DNA of 64,000 nt from Narcine bancroftii (Eukaryota). The notes under the pieces are model-generated. The model did not search any database and was not told the DNA's origin. It worked only from the letters and a program-made list of their open reading frames with translations. Made by a program: the position numbers and the translations under genes. Shown in pieces: positions 53,195 to 64,000 of this stretch (positions are counted from its first letter, which is position 1; the number at the start of each line of letters is the position of its first letter). Location: positions 105,214,001 through 105,278,000 of the forward strand of contig NC_091477.1 in NCBI RefSeq assembly GCF_036971445.1, read 5' to 3'.

Positions 53195-53320
53195 CAGAGA
53201 GGAAACTGACAAAAACAGCTGCTGAGGCAGATGGATATAAAATAAACTGTCTCCGACGTGAAGATTCTGGAACCTAGAACCCACGGTTGGGGAATCTGTG
53301 ATTCACATTCCACCTGAAAG
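53195..53320 (-). promoter_or_regulatory. CHRND proximal promoter: E-box cluster and ETS-core site
   Basis: CAGCTG at 53216-53221, CAGATG at 53228-53233, CACCTG at 53311-53316, and AGGAAAC (GTTTCCT on -) at 53200-53206, all 100-220 nt upstream of the ATG. Myogenic E-boxes and an N-box are known features of nAChR delta promoters. Confidence 0.55.
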
Positions 53321-53339
53321 TCAAATCTGAGTCATAAAG

Positions 53340-54590
53340 CCAGAGTTAGACAACACTGAAACAGGCCCTTCATCCCAACTCATCCATGCTAACCAAGGTG
53401 TGTTCCTCAGCTAATAACATTTGATTGCATAGGCCACTTATCTTAAACCTTTCCTATCCATGAACCAGTCCCAATATCTTATAAACACCATAATTATCCC
53501 TGCCTCTATCAATTTCTCTGGCCCTTTGTTCCATATCCCCAAGGTGTGAGAAAGAGCCCCCTTTCACCTCAAATGTACACTCTCTGTTTTTAATTAAAAA
53601 TAAATCAGACCTACTGCTTGGTAAAGGCCCTTTCGGCCCATGAGCCCGTGCCACCCAATTACACCCAATTGACCTACAATCCCCCCGGTGCGTTTCAAAG
53701 GGTGGAAGGAAACCCATGCAGATATGGTGAGAACACATAAACTGCTTCTTACAGACAGCACAGGATTTGAACCCCAGTACGGATCACTGGCGCTGTAATA
53801 GCATTGGATTAACTGCTACGGTAACTGTGCTACCCTTATCCTAAAGGAAGCTAATGTAACTGCCTCCACTACTTTGTCTGGTAGCTCTTTCCAAATGCCC
53901 CACCCCCCACCAACCCTCTGAATGAAGAACTGTCCCCTCATATCCCAAATCCCACCACCTCACTTTATATTAATGTTCCCTTGTCTCAGATTCACCGAGG
54001 CGAGGAAGCAGACATTCACTATTCACTTTATCTATGCCCTCATGACTTTATAAAGCTCAATAAAATTCCCTCTCCCCTCTCCCAACTCCAGCTTCCAACT
54101 GCCCTCTACAGCTCCCCAGCTTCCTCACTCTCCCCTCCCCAGATCCCCACTCCCACTCCCCGATCCCTCCTCTCCCCAGGAAAACAGGACTAGTTTTTAC
54201 AGTCTTTCATGATAACTCAACTTTCTTAATCCTAGCAACAACTACGTAAGTCTCTTCTGCACCCTTTCCAACTTAAAAAAAATCCTTTCTGTAGCTAGGC
54301 AACCAAAACTATCCACAATGTTCCAAGTGTGGTCTCACTAATATATTGTATAACTTCAGCACAATGTCCAAACACATGTATTCAATACCCTGACCAATGA
54401 AGGCAAACATCGCAAAAGCTCTCTTCACTACTATGGACCTGTCCCCAAGGTCCCGCTATTCCATATCACTTTTTTTATAGACACTACTGTTAACAGATTT
54501 ACCCAATTGTAGCACGTCACACTTCTCCAATTCAAACTGCATCTGCCATTCCTCAGCTCAGTTCCTAGTCTGATCTTTATTCCATTGCAA
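53340..54590 (-). mobile_element. CR1 fragments with nested V-SINE (53600-53836) directly upstream of the CHRND promoter
   Basis: aaacaggccct...tcttctgcaccctttcc...ccaagtgtggtctcac. Reverse SINE inside. Confidence 0.7.
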
Positions 54591-55357
54591 GTGAAACACG
54601 AAAGTCTGCAAATGTATTAAAAACACAGAAATGCTGTAGGAACTCAGCAGGTCTCGCAGCATCCATAGGAGGTAGCTGATATTTCAGGCCTGAATTAAAA
54701 GGCTGGGGAGAAATAAAGAAAGAGCAGGGAGAGGAGCCCAGACAAACAGACAAAAGATATTAATTGGATATGGAGATGAGAGTAGAGATGAGAGGTGAGA
54801 ATTGATGAGGGGAGGGGGAGATTGGCTCTGTGAGTGCAGTGAGGGAAAGGAGACAGAGGGGAATGGGAAAGTGAGAGAGATAAATCAGAGGAGAGGAGAC
54901 ATGGGGATAGATGGGGGTAAGGGGGCTAATGGAAACTGGAGAAGTTGATGATCATGCCAACTGATTGGAGGGTGCCTAGATGGAATACAAGTTGTTGTAC
55001 CTCCAATGTGCAGGTGGTCTTAGTCTGGCAGCACATGAGACCATGGATAGACATGTTGGCAAGAGAATGGGGTGGGAATTGAAATGGATGGCCAGTGGGA
55101 GATCCCCACTTTTGCAGCAGACAGAACTGAGGTGCTCAATGAAGAGATCTCCCAGTCTGTGTCCAGCCTATTTGATGTAGAGGTTTTCTCCATTCAGGGG
55201 CCCCAAACAATCCTCCTTCCTCACCACAATTTAGGCTCCCCAAACAGTCCTTCCAAGTGAAACAACACCACGTTAATCTGCAGGAGACATTTATTGCTTC
55301 TGGTGCTCCCTTTGTAGTCTACTCTATGTCAGAGATACAGGGCACAAACTGGGAGAT
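54590..55357 (-). mobile_element. PLE 3' part with internal inversion
   Basis: 54590-55183 is homologous to 8403-9020 (-). 55185-55357 is the adjoining GIY-YIG segment in opposite orientation. Confidence 0.7.
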
Positions 55358-55650
55358 TGTAGTGCACTGTTAGCCTGAATCAGACATACACATAGATAAA
55401 GACTGTACAACAGGCTTTAATCCACAAAGACCTCCACAGAGCCAGGCTGGCTGTGGCTGCAGCAACTCTGAGTGAGGCCTCGGGAGGCCAGCGCAGGCTT
55501 ATATCCCGGAGGGTGATTGACACCCGACCAGGTGGGGCTTGATCCATTCAGGCCGACTGATTGACAGCCGGCTAGGTGTTGTCCTGTCCCCTTACACTCC
55601 TGAAGGTACAGAGGTTGCTCCCTGCAGTAGGCCAGTGGTGTACCACCACA
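55358..55650 (-). mobile_element. Solo LTR
   Basis: TGTAGTG...CACCACA termini, 5-bp TSD GAGAT. ATATAAG and ATTAAA on the - strand. CpG-rich, so probably young. Confidence 0.88.
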
Positions 55651-57894
55651 GAGATCTCATCACATTTGCCATGCTCCCATCCCCTGGAACTACTCCTATC
55701 CTCAACAATAACTTAAAAGCGTCTTGTCAAGGCCCCAACAATTTTCTTCTTGCTTTCCCACAATGCCTGGGATGCACCTGATCTGGACCTGGAGATTTAT
55801 CCACCTTGATACGATCAAAGCACTTTTAGTTCTCTTCAATCACATCATTAGTTTCCTATGCTGTAAGATCAGAAACTGCTTTCCTGATTACCTTTCTTAA
55901 ATCCTAGCTCTTTGACCAAGCTATTAGTCACCTATTGGTCATACCTGTTATATGGCTAAGATTTTGTTTTACTTTTTACACAGCAAATAGTTATGATTCA
56001 CTACCTGAAAGCAGGTCCAGTTGTAACTTCCAAAAATAAATTGTATGGTATCTTAAGTTGGAAAATAGGGAAATAGCAGAGGAACTGGAATGGTTTCCCA
56101 TTTCAAAAAGCCTTTACAGGATTACAGACTGCATGGCAAGCCTATGTAGTGAATAATATCATTTTATAGTATGCACTCTGCAATGTCAAACAGATGAAAG
56201 ACTGAAATTTAAGAGACAATTGTGATTGAGTCAGGATATTATTTTTAAATGGATAAATTAAATGGGGAAATGACCTGCTTTGTGAACATTTAGCCTGCTA
56301 TCTTATTTAACATAATATTTATATTAATTCTGTGGCTGAATGATGTTCTATTTTACCTTTGTCCTGGAATTAAAAGATCCTATCATTGGGCACTAAGATG
56401 GATTGTATTTCTGCAATCGTAAGTGAAATTTAATAAGGGAACCATCTCCATATATCAATTTAAAAATGTGATGCTCACACAGCTCAGTGCTAAATGATTT
56501 TTTAAACTATATTTCTACTGAATCTGTTTAGATATCCAACATATTTGCCACTGTCATTTTACACAAGTTAACAATTGCTCTGTCCATGAAAGTAATGTTT
56601 TATATTGGTGAACATCCAAATGTAAAATAATATCCTACTTTTTAATGACGAAAATCAGGCTCAGCTCTGTCAAAAAAAGTTTTGTACAATGCTGTATCAA
56701 CAGTCATTCTTTGAATTAAGAGGTTCCCAACCATTCATTCAACCTGTTGATGGACCACTTACTCCAATTTTCTTCAGGTATTCATCAAGATTTTTTTCTC
56801 ACATAGAGGTGAATTATAATTAGCTGCTACATCAGGAATCCACTTAATTACTTCAATATGTTGGAGTCTCACACCTTCTGATGTTCAACTAGATGCTTAT
56901 ATTCAAGAGACTTACAATAACTGGTACATTATATGACATCATTTAAGCAATTGAGTTAGATGATCACTTTGAAACCCATTGAAAATAATTTTAAAAATTT
57001 GAATTTCAATGAAAAATATTAAACATAATTAGATAAAGCAAAAATATTGTTAAGGTTCTTTTTTGAATAACATTTAACTAATGTCTGACTCTGGTTTATG
57101 TAAAGGGAGTTTTGCTCAGGCTACGTAATTTGACCCAAAATTCAAGTGGGAACAGCTGCACAGGATGAAATGTTGAAATTAATAGTAGCATAATTCTTCA
57201 GTCTTGACACTTTTAAGCTTTATTGAAACTATATCTAGTTTATTCCAGGCTGGATCTTGCTGGCCTGGTCCCCACATGAGGAAACACTGCCTGCACCTCC
57301 TTACACTACTTTTACCTCATCCAGAATCAGTGCTCAAAGCTCCATTGCTGTAGTTTGTGGAAGCAAAGTCCTCAATGGTCTTTATTGCAAGAGGCATAGA
57401 GTATAAAAGTTGTGAAGTGTTGACCACTGAAGCATTTTTGATCTCCATGTTTAAGACAGAGCAGAGAAGGTTCACTCCTGAGGTGAAGAGGTAATGATCA
57501 TGGGGCCTGTACCTATTGGAGTTTAGAGCAACAAAAGATAATCCTATTTGAATTATATATGATTGAGAGGAATGTCAATATGAATGCTGAGAAGATAATT
57601 TTCCCAGTTTGGTTAACTTAAAATAAAGAGGTGGGTTTGAGAATAAAAGATCACACATTTAAGACATATAAGGATTAATTTTTTTTAAATCATCTGATCG
57701 GGGCAAGAATCCAGTCCTTAAATGTTTTCAAGCGTGAACTTGTGTCAACAGGTCTAGGCCTTCAGTGTTTGACAGTGTGAAGACAGGAGATCCAGACAGT
57801 ACTGTAATCACTGCACGCTAGTGATTTCGCATCTGAAAAAGCTAGGAATAGCCAGCAAGTTGCAACAGAGCATTGCATATTAAAACAAACAAAA

Positions 57895-58175
57895 ACAAGA
57901 TGCAATTTAATGTTAAGGGAGGGAAGTTTAGGGGAGACATCAAGGATATTTTTTTAAAAATACAGAGTGTTGTGGGTGGCTGGAATTTCTTGCCGGGGAT
58001 GACGGTGGAAGCAGAAACATTGGAGGCATTTAAGAGACTCTTAGACAGACACATGGATGAAAGAAAAACAGAGGGTTATGGGGTAGGGAGGGGTTTTTTT
58101 TAAATGAAAGGAATAGATGAGTCGGCACAACATCGGGGGCTGAAGGACCTATACTGTGCTGTATTGTTCTATGCT
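57895..58175 (+). mobile_element. CR1 3' end
   Basis: KGGKFRGDI..VVGGWNFLP..FKRLLDRHM, tail ctgtattgttctatg. An older CR1 piece lies at ~57370-57735. Confidence 0.85.
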
Positions 58176-59360
58176 TATAAAAGACAAGTCCTTTTCAATA
58201 TTTGTGCATTCTGTTATGGAATCGAGAACTAGACGATTAGCAACATGAATGCAATGGCAATGAATTGCAGATACTGGATTGACAGATCTTATTTAAAATG
58301 TTCTTTTACAGCAAGACTATCAAAGGTAAAATAAAGGGTACATCAAGTTAAACCTTTTTTGTCGTTTCTGATTTTTGTCAGATTGAACTTTCACCATTTT
58401 GAAAAAATAATGACTGATCAGGTGTTACTGCAACTGCAGTTCAACTTCGTATCTCACTCCTGTGTCTATGAATGTTTGTGTTTAAAAATATAAAGTAGTT
58501 GATACACGAGTTATTTTTGGCTCACACTCTATATTTACCCAGCACTTAAAGACACTTATCACCAAAATATAAACCCTTCCAAATCTGTGTGGCCACATCT
58601 TAAATATTTCATGCAATATGTACATGAGTAGGGATTCATGATTTTCTGTTTAAATAAAATACACAATATTGTTTTTCACTGTCAGAGTTAATTTCTGTCC
58701 GACTTCTTCACATCATCTCACAGCCTCTCACTTCTGGCATTCATTCTGATCTTAAATTTTATTCCACAATTAGTCTCGTCTAATACCAGTTCCATCTTCA
58801 CCTCTACCTATTAATATTCTTCCCCCCCCCCAAGACAAATCCTCCAATTCTTCTAAGATTATGTGCAGAATGATCCAGTGTCTTTTCTTCACAAAAGCCT
58901 GACTTCCTTTATTAGTGTGGACAGTTGACAGGGTTGGCAGGAACTCGATGGACCAAAGAACCTGTATCTGCGCTGTATGACTTTTTCGCAAGTCTTTTTC
59001 AACCCCAATTCTTAATCAGCGCACACTCACCAAGTCCTCCAGTAGCATCTTAAAACTAATTTGTTGACAGCTGCGTCACAGAGAAAGAACTAGTGCCATT
59101 TTTAACGAAAAATGATATTTGATCTTGGTGAATAATAATGTCAGCAGTTATCAAATAAAAATAAATGTGGTTAACTAACAGCTTTATTTTCAGTAGTTAT
59201 ATCTTTAAGCAACAAATGAAAAGATACTGCATGTTACACAATGAACAAATAATAAATAAGTTAACATTTCTGTGTTAAGTCATAGCAGCAGTGCATTATG
59301 TCACCTTGCACTCAATTCACTAAAATATCAAATATGTACAATATATATAATATCTATATC

Positions 59361-59400
59361 TATCGATATATATCGATATATATATCGATATATATCGATA
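59361..59400. repeat. Perfect 40-bp palindromic ATCGAT/AT repeat
   Basis: TATCGATATATATCGATATATATATCGATATATATCGATA equals its own reverse complement. Confidence 0.95.
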
Positions 59401-59749
59401 TATACACACGTACACTTTTTCACACACATATCATTAAAAAAATTGCTCTTAAAAATTCCATAAATCTTTTTTAAGTACTTCTACAAGCTCTCTCTCAGAC
59501 ATTGATGAGTGAGCGAATCATAGATGTATGATACTAGAAGTAATCATGGTTAGATCAAACCAAATCAGAACCTGTAGTTTACAAGAAATATAATGGATAC
59601 CCAAGCAAAAACAGAAATGCTGGAAGAAACCAATCAGTCAAGCATCTTCTCTGGAACAAGAAGTCATTTTACCTTAGGGGTTTAGACCCTTCATTGGAAG
59701 CGAGTGCACAACATTTCTGTATTTTTTTCAGATTCCATCATCAGAAGTT

Positions 59750-60382
59750 TTACGAGAAAGTCTGGAGATACTGGAGTCAAGTGAAATACGCGCATGTGCT
59801 GGAGAAACTTAGCAGGTCGTGCAGCATCCATAGAAAGTAAAGGGTAACCAACGTTTGGGCCTGGGCCCTTCATCAAATTACAGTATAAGCAAAAAAAAAA
59901 TGCAGGTGCCTGAATGAAAAGGTAGGAAAGGTAGGAGGAGAGGAGACAAAGGAGAAAGGGTGGGGGGAGCATAAGCTAACAGGTAAGAGGTAGATACAGG
60001 TAGAGGAGAAAAAAAGCTGAGGTGATAGGGCAAGAGGGCAGTTTTCTGATAGCTGGGGAGCTAGAGGGAAAGTGACAGAGGGATAGAGGGGGAGGTTTAA
60101 TCAACATTAATGCCATCTGGAGTAAGGGGAGGGAGTGGCAAAGGCAGGAGATAATAGGTAGAGGAGACAACAGAATTGATGGGGAGAGGGTTCTCCCCTT
60201 ACTCTTTCGTTCAGATGATTGCCGGCATTTTCTCCTACCTTGATGAAGGGCTCAAGCCCAAAACATCGGTTCTGTATCTTTGCATTTGCAACATAAAGGA
60301 CCCTGTTTGACCTGCTGAGCTTCTCCAGCATTTTGTGTTTTTACCTCATCCACAGTGTCAACAGATTTTTGTGACTTACTCC
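59750..60382. mobile_element. Two PLE 3' ends joined in inverted orientation
   Basis: Left arm ctggagaaacttagcaggtc...cccttcatca, right arm ttgatgaaggg...gacctgctgagcttctccagca. Another terminus lies at 63040-63200. Confidence 0.75.
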
Positions 60383-61980
60383 AGGAGACTGACTGTGTAT
60401 GGTTACAGGAATCTTATGCTTGTTATCGAGGTATTAATGGTCAGTAAATCACCTTTCACTTTCCATCACAGAGAGGACAATTAGCGTCCTTTACATTGAA
60501 TGAATTTTGTATTATTCTATCTGAACTCTGCCTGAGACAGATGTGTGATACAACACAAATTCTGTCCTAAAATATGTTTTGGGTATTAACATTAAACCTC
60601 ATCAATGCAACATTATGCAGTGGAAATATTATATGCATTAAAAAAATAAAATTTTACTATATTTTACATGATATTTACAACATATTTGTGGACTGATCGA
60701 TAATGTTAGAATGCATACCCAAAGTAAATATTACAATTTTATGATGTTTGAATTTCTTCACCAGTTTGAGTCAACAGCTGGAATTTCTACTCAGGAATTA
60801 AAGTTTTTCTACTGAGTAGAAATGAGTCATCATTTTGGAAATGTACCACAACAACTTATTTCCCTGGAAACCAAGGTTCTTCTTAGAAATATTTTTTTTC
60901 TCAAATATTTCTTTAATTCACAGACAGATGCTGGAAATCTTCCCATGGACACATTTGCTTGGCATGCTGGCAGGGAGTTTCTTAACTCCAGGAGATGGAA
61001 TCTTTAACTACAACTGAAAACATAAAGACTAGTTCAGGCAAAAAAAAATACTATTCATGTTTTGTGGCTTATTAATTGGTTCATTTTCAACAATTCTTTC
61101 CGGTGTGTCTGACAAATACAATTTATTCCAAGCATCTTGAGATGACAATTTTACCTTAGCCTCTTTTTAATGAGATCTGATATCATTTCCAACATTTATA
61201 CTAACATGAGATTTGGAAGATAAAGGACCACATTGTAGAGTAAAATCTCTGTTATGTGAAATTTAAGCAACTGGCAGCCTCAAGCAACCTGCAAAATAAA
61301 AAAAAAATCACGGAAAATAAATGGGTAGAAAATACAGAAGTTTAAAATTGGCACACTTTGCCATTAGTTTCCCATTCATGCAACATGCACTCTCAAGCAA
61401 CCGGGAAATTCATTTACTCGGCAACTGCCAATCTCCATAGGTGTCAGAATATTTAGTTTAGCTCTTGGTTCCATTGAGAGCTGCTGGCTCTCTTCTGTTT
61501 CCTGATCAGCTCTTTTCTGATTTCATCTCTTGTGGATTGAACAGTGGAAGTCAGGGATAAGCAAGGTCAGGTAACAGCACGATTCCAGCAATGGAGCACG
61601 GAAGAGAGGGGGCTGGACATGAAGAGCATCTGGTCACTCAACTCTATGCCAGGGATGGTTGGCTTTTGAAGTGACCCATTTCAATCTTCATATTTGACCA
61701 TGAACATAACTGATTTTCCTCCTGGAGTTAGTCAGTACCTCCAGCAACTTCTAAAGTATTTCTCAGGTTGTTTTCTGATCTTTGATTCACCTCATTTCAA
61801 TAGCTAACTCGTTATATAAAATGTTTTGCCAGATGATTTATTTTTTTCAGTCTAAGTGGAAATAATTATATAGATGTTCCTACAATTGATTTTCCCTACA
61901 TTTTTACAGGATTGGTCTGTTAGCAAGACATCCAAAGCTAAAGGAACAAATGTTTCAAATACCGCTCTCAGGGTACCACC

Positions 61981-62154
61981 CTATGTTTTTAAAGTATCGA
62001 GAGCTAGAGCAATAATCTGTGGCATACTCCTATAAAAGGAGTCATTCTCCAATCCAACCAGACTGTTAAAGGTTGCAGGCCGACCTCCAACTGTAGTTTT
62101 TACACGTGCTTGAAATAGTCCTTTCTCATTCTTGGAAGCCATGTCCACCAATAC
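61981..62154 (-). CDS. PRSS56: PRSS56 last coding exon (174 nt)
   Basis: ttcag|VLVDMASKNEKGLFQARVKTTVGGRPATFNSLVGLENDSFYRSMPQIIALALDTLKT*. Resembles human VLADLGSK..GLFRAWVRAGLGGR..FSGLVGLE. Confidence 0.9.
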   Translation of the reverse strand, partial: VLVDMASKNEKGLFQARVKTTVGGRPATFNSLVGLENDSFYRSMPQIIALALDTLKT

Positions 62155-63510
62155 CTGAACACAAGCAAAATCATATTAAATCAAGTACCATTCAACAGAA
62201 ATGCACATAGTAGCTAGTAGAGTATACGGGACAACTATAATTTTCTCTATAGTAATTTGAAATCTATGCTTGAATTGGAGAAATGATACACAAAGTTAAT
62301 GCTCTTTGAACACAAAAAGCGCAGAACAATTTGCACAATAAACATTCAGTCATAAACTGGCAGAGAAAGAAAAGATGGAAACCACTGATGGAGATATTAA
62401 GAATATTGGATTTCCTTGAGAAAGCAGAGGAAAGACTGTATGATTGTTACAAAAACAAAAGCATCTATTTTTCAGCCTTCATATTCTTTAACTTCCCAAA
62501 ATTCTTCACAGTCAATGACATATTTTGGAAGTGTGGTCATAAATTTACTAAAGGAAAGGTAGCTATGAATTGGAATAGAGCAAAAGTTTCTTTAAACACC
62601 ATATGATATATGCTCCTCTGAAAAATAACATCATGTACCTCTGTATTGCATCAGAGAAAAGACTAACTGGACATCAGATTATAAGGTAATAGCAGGGCCA
62701 CACATTGTTCTACCCTTCACAAGCATGTCAGGGTAGATTTTTGTGATCATATCTCTGGAACAAGTCCAAACCCCAAATCCTTTGATTCAAAGAATTTTAT
62801 GAACTGTGCCTCGGTGGCATTGTGGATGAATAGACAGCAAAGCCAAACATTCCCATCCAACACTATTCTGCTGGGCACATTAACTAAGGCACTATACAGG
62901 ACATGTTTTACAGATTGCAGTGTAGAACAGAAAGAGAGATGATCACTGTTTCCACACCAGGGATGCCCATTCTCAGAAAGGGTCTTGATTTGACCAAAGC
63001 CCAATTTGTCCAACCAGATGGTTAGCCTGTGCTCCTCCCCCTTACCCCCACCATCTTATTCAGTGTCTGCACACCTGAGAAGGACTTAGGTCTGAAATGT
63101 CAACTGCCTTTTGCTTTCCATGGAAGCTGCATGACCTACTGAGATACTCCAGCAGTTTTCTGTTCTGTACAAGACCCCAGCATCTGCAGATTTCTTTATT
63201 AGCCCCAGATTGTCCAATTCTGTTTCCCAAGAATAATAAAACTAGCACTGGAATTTCTTCTGACTGGATCACCAGTAATTCTGGACCAAATGTGTACGGC
63301 ATTCATTTGATCCACTACAAATGGATTTGCATTTCTTGTCCCCAATATTAGTATACTCCATTCCAAAGAACTGTGGCAAGCCTTGATCAGGGTTGACAGG
63401 AACAGATCACAAATTTATCAGTTTCTAATTTTCAAAAGATGGATGTCTTGAAAACATTTTCTGAGTTTTTTTAAAATTTACCTGTATTAAGATATTTTAA
63501 TGGTACATAC

Positions 63511-63617
63511 CTCTTTAAAGTTCATGGACAATTCCTCCTTTGGTATATCCAGAATCCATTTACATTCGTTAATCAACAAGGTAATGTTCAGCAATGATTC
63601 ATTTACATTCTGACAAC
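63511..63617 (-). CDS. PRSS56: Serine protease 56, penultimate coding exon (107 nt)
   Basis: tttag|GT CQNVNESLLNITLLINECKWILDIPKEELSMNFKE|gtatgt. Resembles human PRSS56 WILQVPSEHLAMNFHE. Position upstream of CHRND matches human synteny. Confidence 0.88.
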
Positions 63618-64000
63618 CTAAACAGAGAAACAATGTTTTCAGCAAGAGATTATTTCTGGAGTCACCAGGAGACTGCAGATGCTGGAATCTAGAGTAATGA
63701 ATGTTGGATTTTCCAGTTTCTCTTCTCTCTTCTCCCAGCTACTTCTATTCTTTCCCCTTTCCCTCCACCCTATTTTTATCTCTTTCTATACCCACAATCA
63801 TTCTCACTTCCCTGCCTATCTGGTTCCATCTGCTTCCATCCATAGTTCCCCCAGATTTTTCCCCATACTCCCTCCCCTCCAGGTCGTTCTGGTCCCATTT
63901 GTCCTTCTCAAGCAGTTCTTCCTCAACACCCCTCATTATACCACTATCATCACCTCTCAGCAGATTCTAGCTCTGGCAGCCTTGGTCTTTCTTGGTCTTG

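Noticed and set aside
59020-59080. Distal muscle enhancer (GACAGCTGC E-box plus AT-rich site)
   Set aside because: A single short motif; cannot be supported without conservation or chromatin data.

Overview
AT-rich, intron- and transposon-rich vertebrate DNA. The encoded proteins and repeat families point to a cartilaginous fish, most likely an electric ray (Torpediniformes): the acetylcholine receptor delta subunit is close to, but not identical with, the Torpedo californica sequence as I recall it. Three spliced genes were read by hand. (1) The 3' part of EIF4E2/4EHP on +, with 4 coding exons from 2 to 22961. (2) A complete 12-exon CHRND on -, from 53097 to 31014, 1572 nt, 523 aa, all introns GT-AG and phase-consistent. 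(3) The last two coding exons of PRSS56 on -, from 63617 to 61981. The rest is decayed CR1 and Rex/Babar-like LINEs, V-SINEs, Penelope-like elements (PLEs), Tigger and hAT MITEs, solo LTRs, an ERV-like 3' end, a nested Gypsy element and a 55-bp minisatellite. Almost all short ORFs in the supplied track are spurious or TE-derived. Best leads: a Gypsy element whose primer-binding-site position is complementary to its own LTR poly(A)-signal region; many PLE termini with degenerate hammerhead-ribozyme-like motifs; no CHRNG next to CHRND, with EIF4E2 flipped relative to the human order; a ~350-bp direct duplication bracketing the CHRND last exon; and candidate EIF4E2 cassette exons. No databases were searched. 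TE boundaries are approximate unless a TSD is given. I see no clear-cut new protein-coding system.
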